A stretch of 64,000 nucleotides of DNA from an uncultured Clostridia bacterium (lineage in GTDB: Bacteria; Bacillota; Clostridia; Oscillospirales; CAG-382), in assembly GCA_944375955.1 (NCBI GenBank), contig CALWBE010000027.1, positions 28,227 through 92,226 of the forward strand. Reading direction: 5' to 3'. The position numbers and the translations under genes are program-made. Of the stretch, positions 63,594 to 64,000 are shown piece by piece; within the stretch, counting starts at the first letter, position 1, and the number at the start of each line of letters is the position of its first letter. A model generated the notes under the pieces. The model had not been told where the DNA came from and made no database searches. It worked only from the letters and a program-made list of their open reading frames with translations.

Positions 63594-64000
63594 ATGGGTC
63601 AGAAAGTTAATCCGCACGGACTTCGCGTCGGTGTAATTAAAGACTGGGATTCCAGATGGTTCGTAAAAAAAGAAATATTTGGAGAAACCCTTGTAGCAGA
63701 CTACAAACTCAGAACATGGCTTAAGAAAAAGCTTAACGACGCTGGCGTACCGACTATCGAGATAGAACGTGACAGCGCAAAAGTTAAAGTAATTATCCAT
63801 TGTGCAAAGCCCGGAATGATAATCGGAAAGGGCGGCACGGAAATAGAAAAACTGAGAGGAGAAATAGAAGCATTTACAGGAATGCCCTCATCAGTAAACG
63901 TAATAGAAGTAAAGCAGCCGGATCTCAACGCACAGCTAGTTGCTGAAAGCATAGCAGCACAGCTTGAAAAGAGAATAGCGTTCCGCCGTGCAATGAAGCA
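63594..64000 (+). CDS. rpsC: 30S ribosomal protein S3 (3' end outside the window)
   Basis: It is not in the ORF track because it has no stop in the window. ATG 63594 follows AAGGAGG. The translation starts [23 protein letters not shown]... and the frame is open to the window end. Confidence 0.93.
   Translation, partial: MGQKVNPHGLRVGVIKDWDSRWFVKKEIFGETLVADYKLRTWLKKKLNDAGVPTIEIERDSAKVKVIIHCAKPGMIIGKGGTEIEKLRGEIEAFTGMPSSVNVIEVKQPDLNAQLVAESIAAQLEKRIAFRRAMK

Noticed and set aside
1-64000. CRISPR arrays, transposases, integrases, prophage genes, rRNA
   Set aside because: There is no array of regularly spaced repeats; the only notable direct repeat has two copies, at 57104 and 57218. No ORF has transposase, integrase or phage motifs, and there is no rRNA-like sequence.

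Overview
This is a chromosomal window from a low-GC Firmicute, probably a spore-forming Clostridia-class anaerobe. That guess rests only on gene content (V-type ATPase, SLH-domain protein, YtfI/YtfJ-like pair, pyrR-pyrP with a Bacillus-style attenuator); no database search was possible. Most of the window is housekeeping. It holds the end of a V-ATPase operon (A' B D), pyrR and a uracil permease, rplJ-rplL with a consensus promoter and long leader, and alr. It also holds trmK-nif3, rqcH, rsmA, rpsO-pnp, a tRNA-Gly/Arg/His cluster, gyrA, an S41 peptidase, murI, pgeF, GTP-PEPCK, proS, and the start of the S10 operon (rpsJ to a partial rpsC not in the ORF track). I found no rRNA, CRISPR array, transposase or integrase. 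The accessory content is in three places. (1) 8.7-14.2 kb has a 1309-aa secreted metallophosphoesterase transcribed divergently from an unusually long AraC regulator, and the two share a roughly 150-aa domain. (2) 27.1-28.7 kb is an AT-rich islet. (3) 33.4-47.1 kb is a mosaic with three intact AraC regulators and one fragment. The mosaic carries a short, uncharacterised glycyl-radical enzyme with its activase, and a head-to-head deletion scar (AraC 3' half against an HpcH/HpaI aldolase 3' half). It also carries a cytoplasmic Asp-box propeller and an orphan PduB-type microcompartment shell homologue translationally coupled to a small radical-SAM/SPASM enzyme. An SDR, a GH13 enzyme and a LemA plus 535-aa membrane protein pair complete it. 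My best candidates for something undescribed are the PduB-like/rSAM pair and the glycyl-radical enzyme locus. Unexplained non-coding structure is also present. There is a 31-47 nt direct repeat upstream of the TIGR03905-proS operon, a roughly 470-nt GC-rich leader with a terminator-like hairpin upstream of rpsJ, and a 194-nt GC-rich spacer between rplW and rplB. All functional calls rest on motifs I recognise in the translations. All RNA structures were folded by hand.
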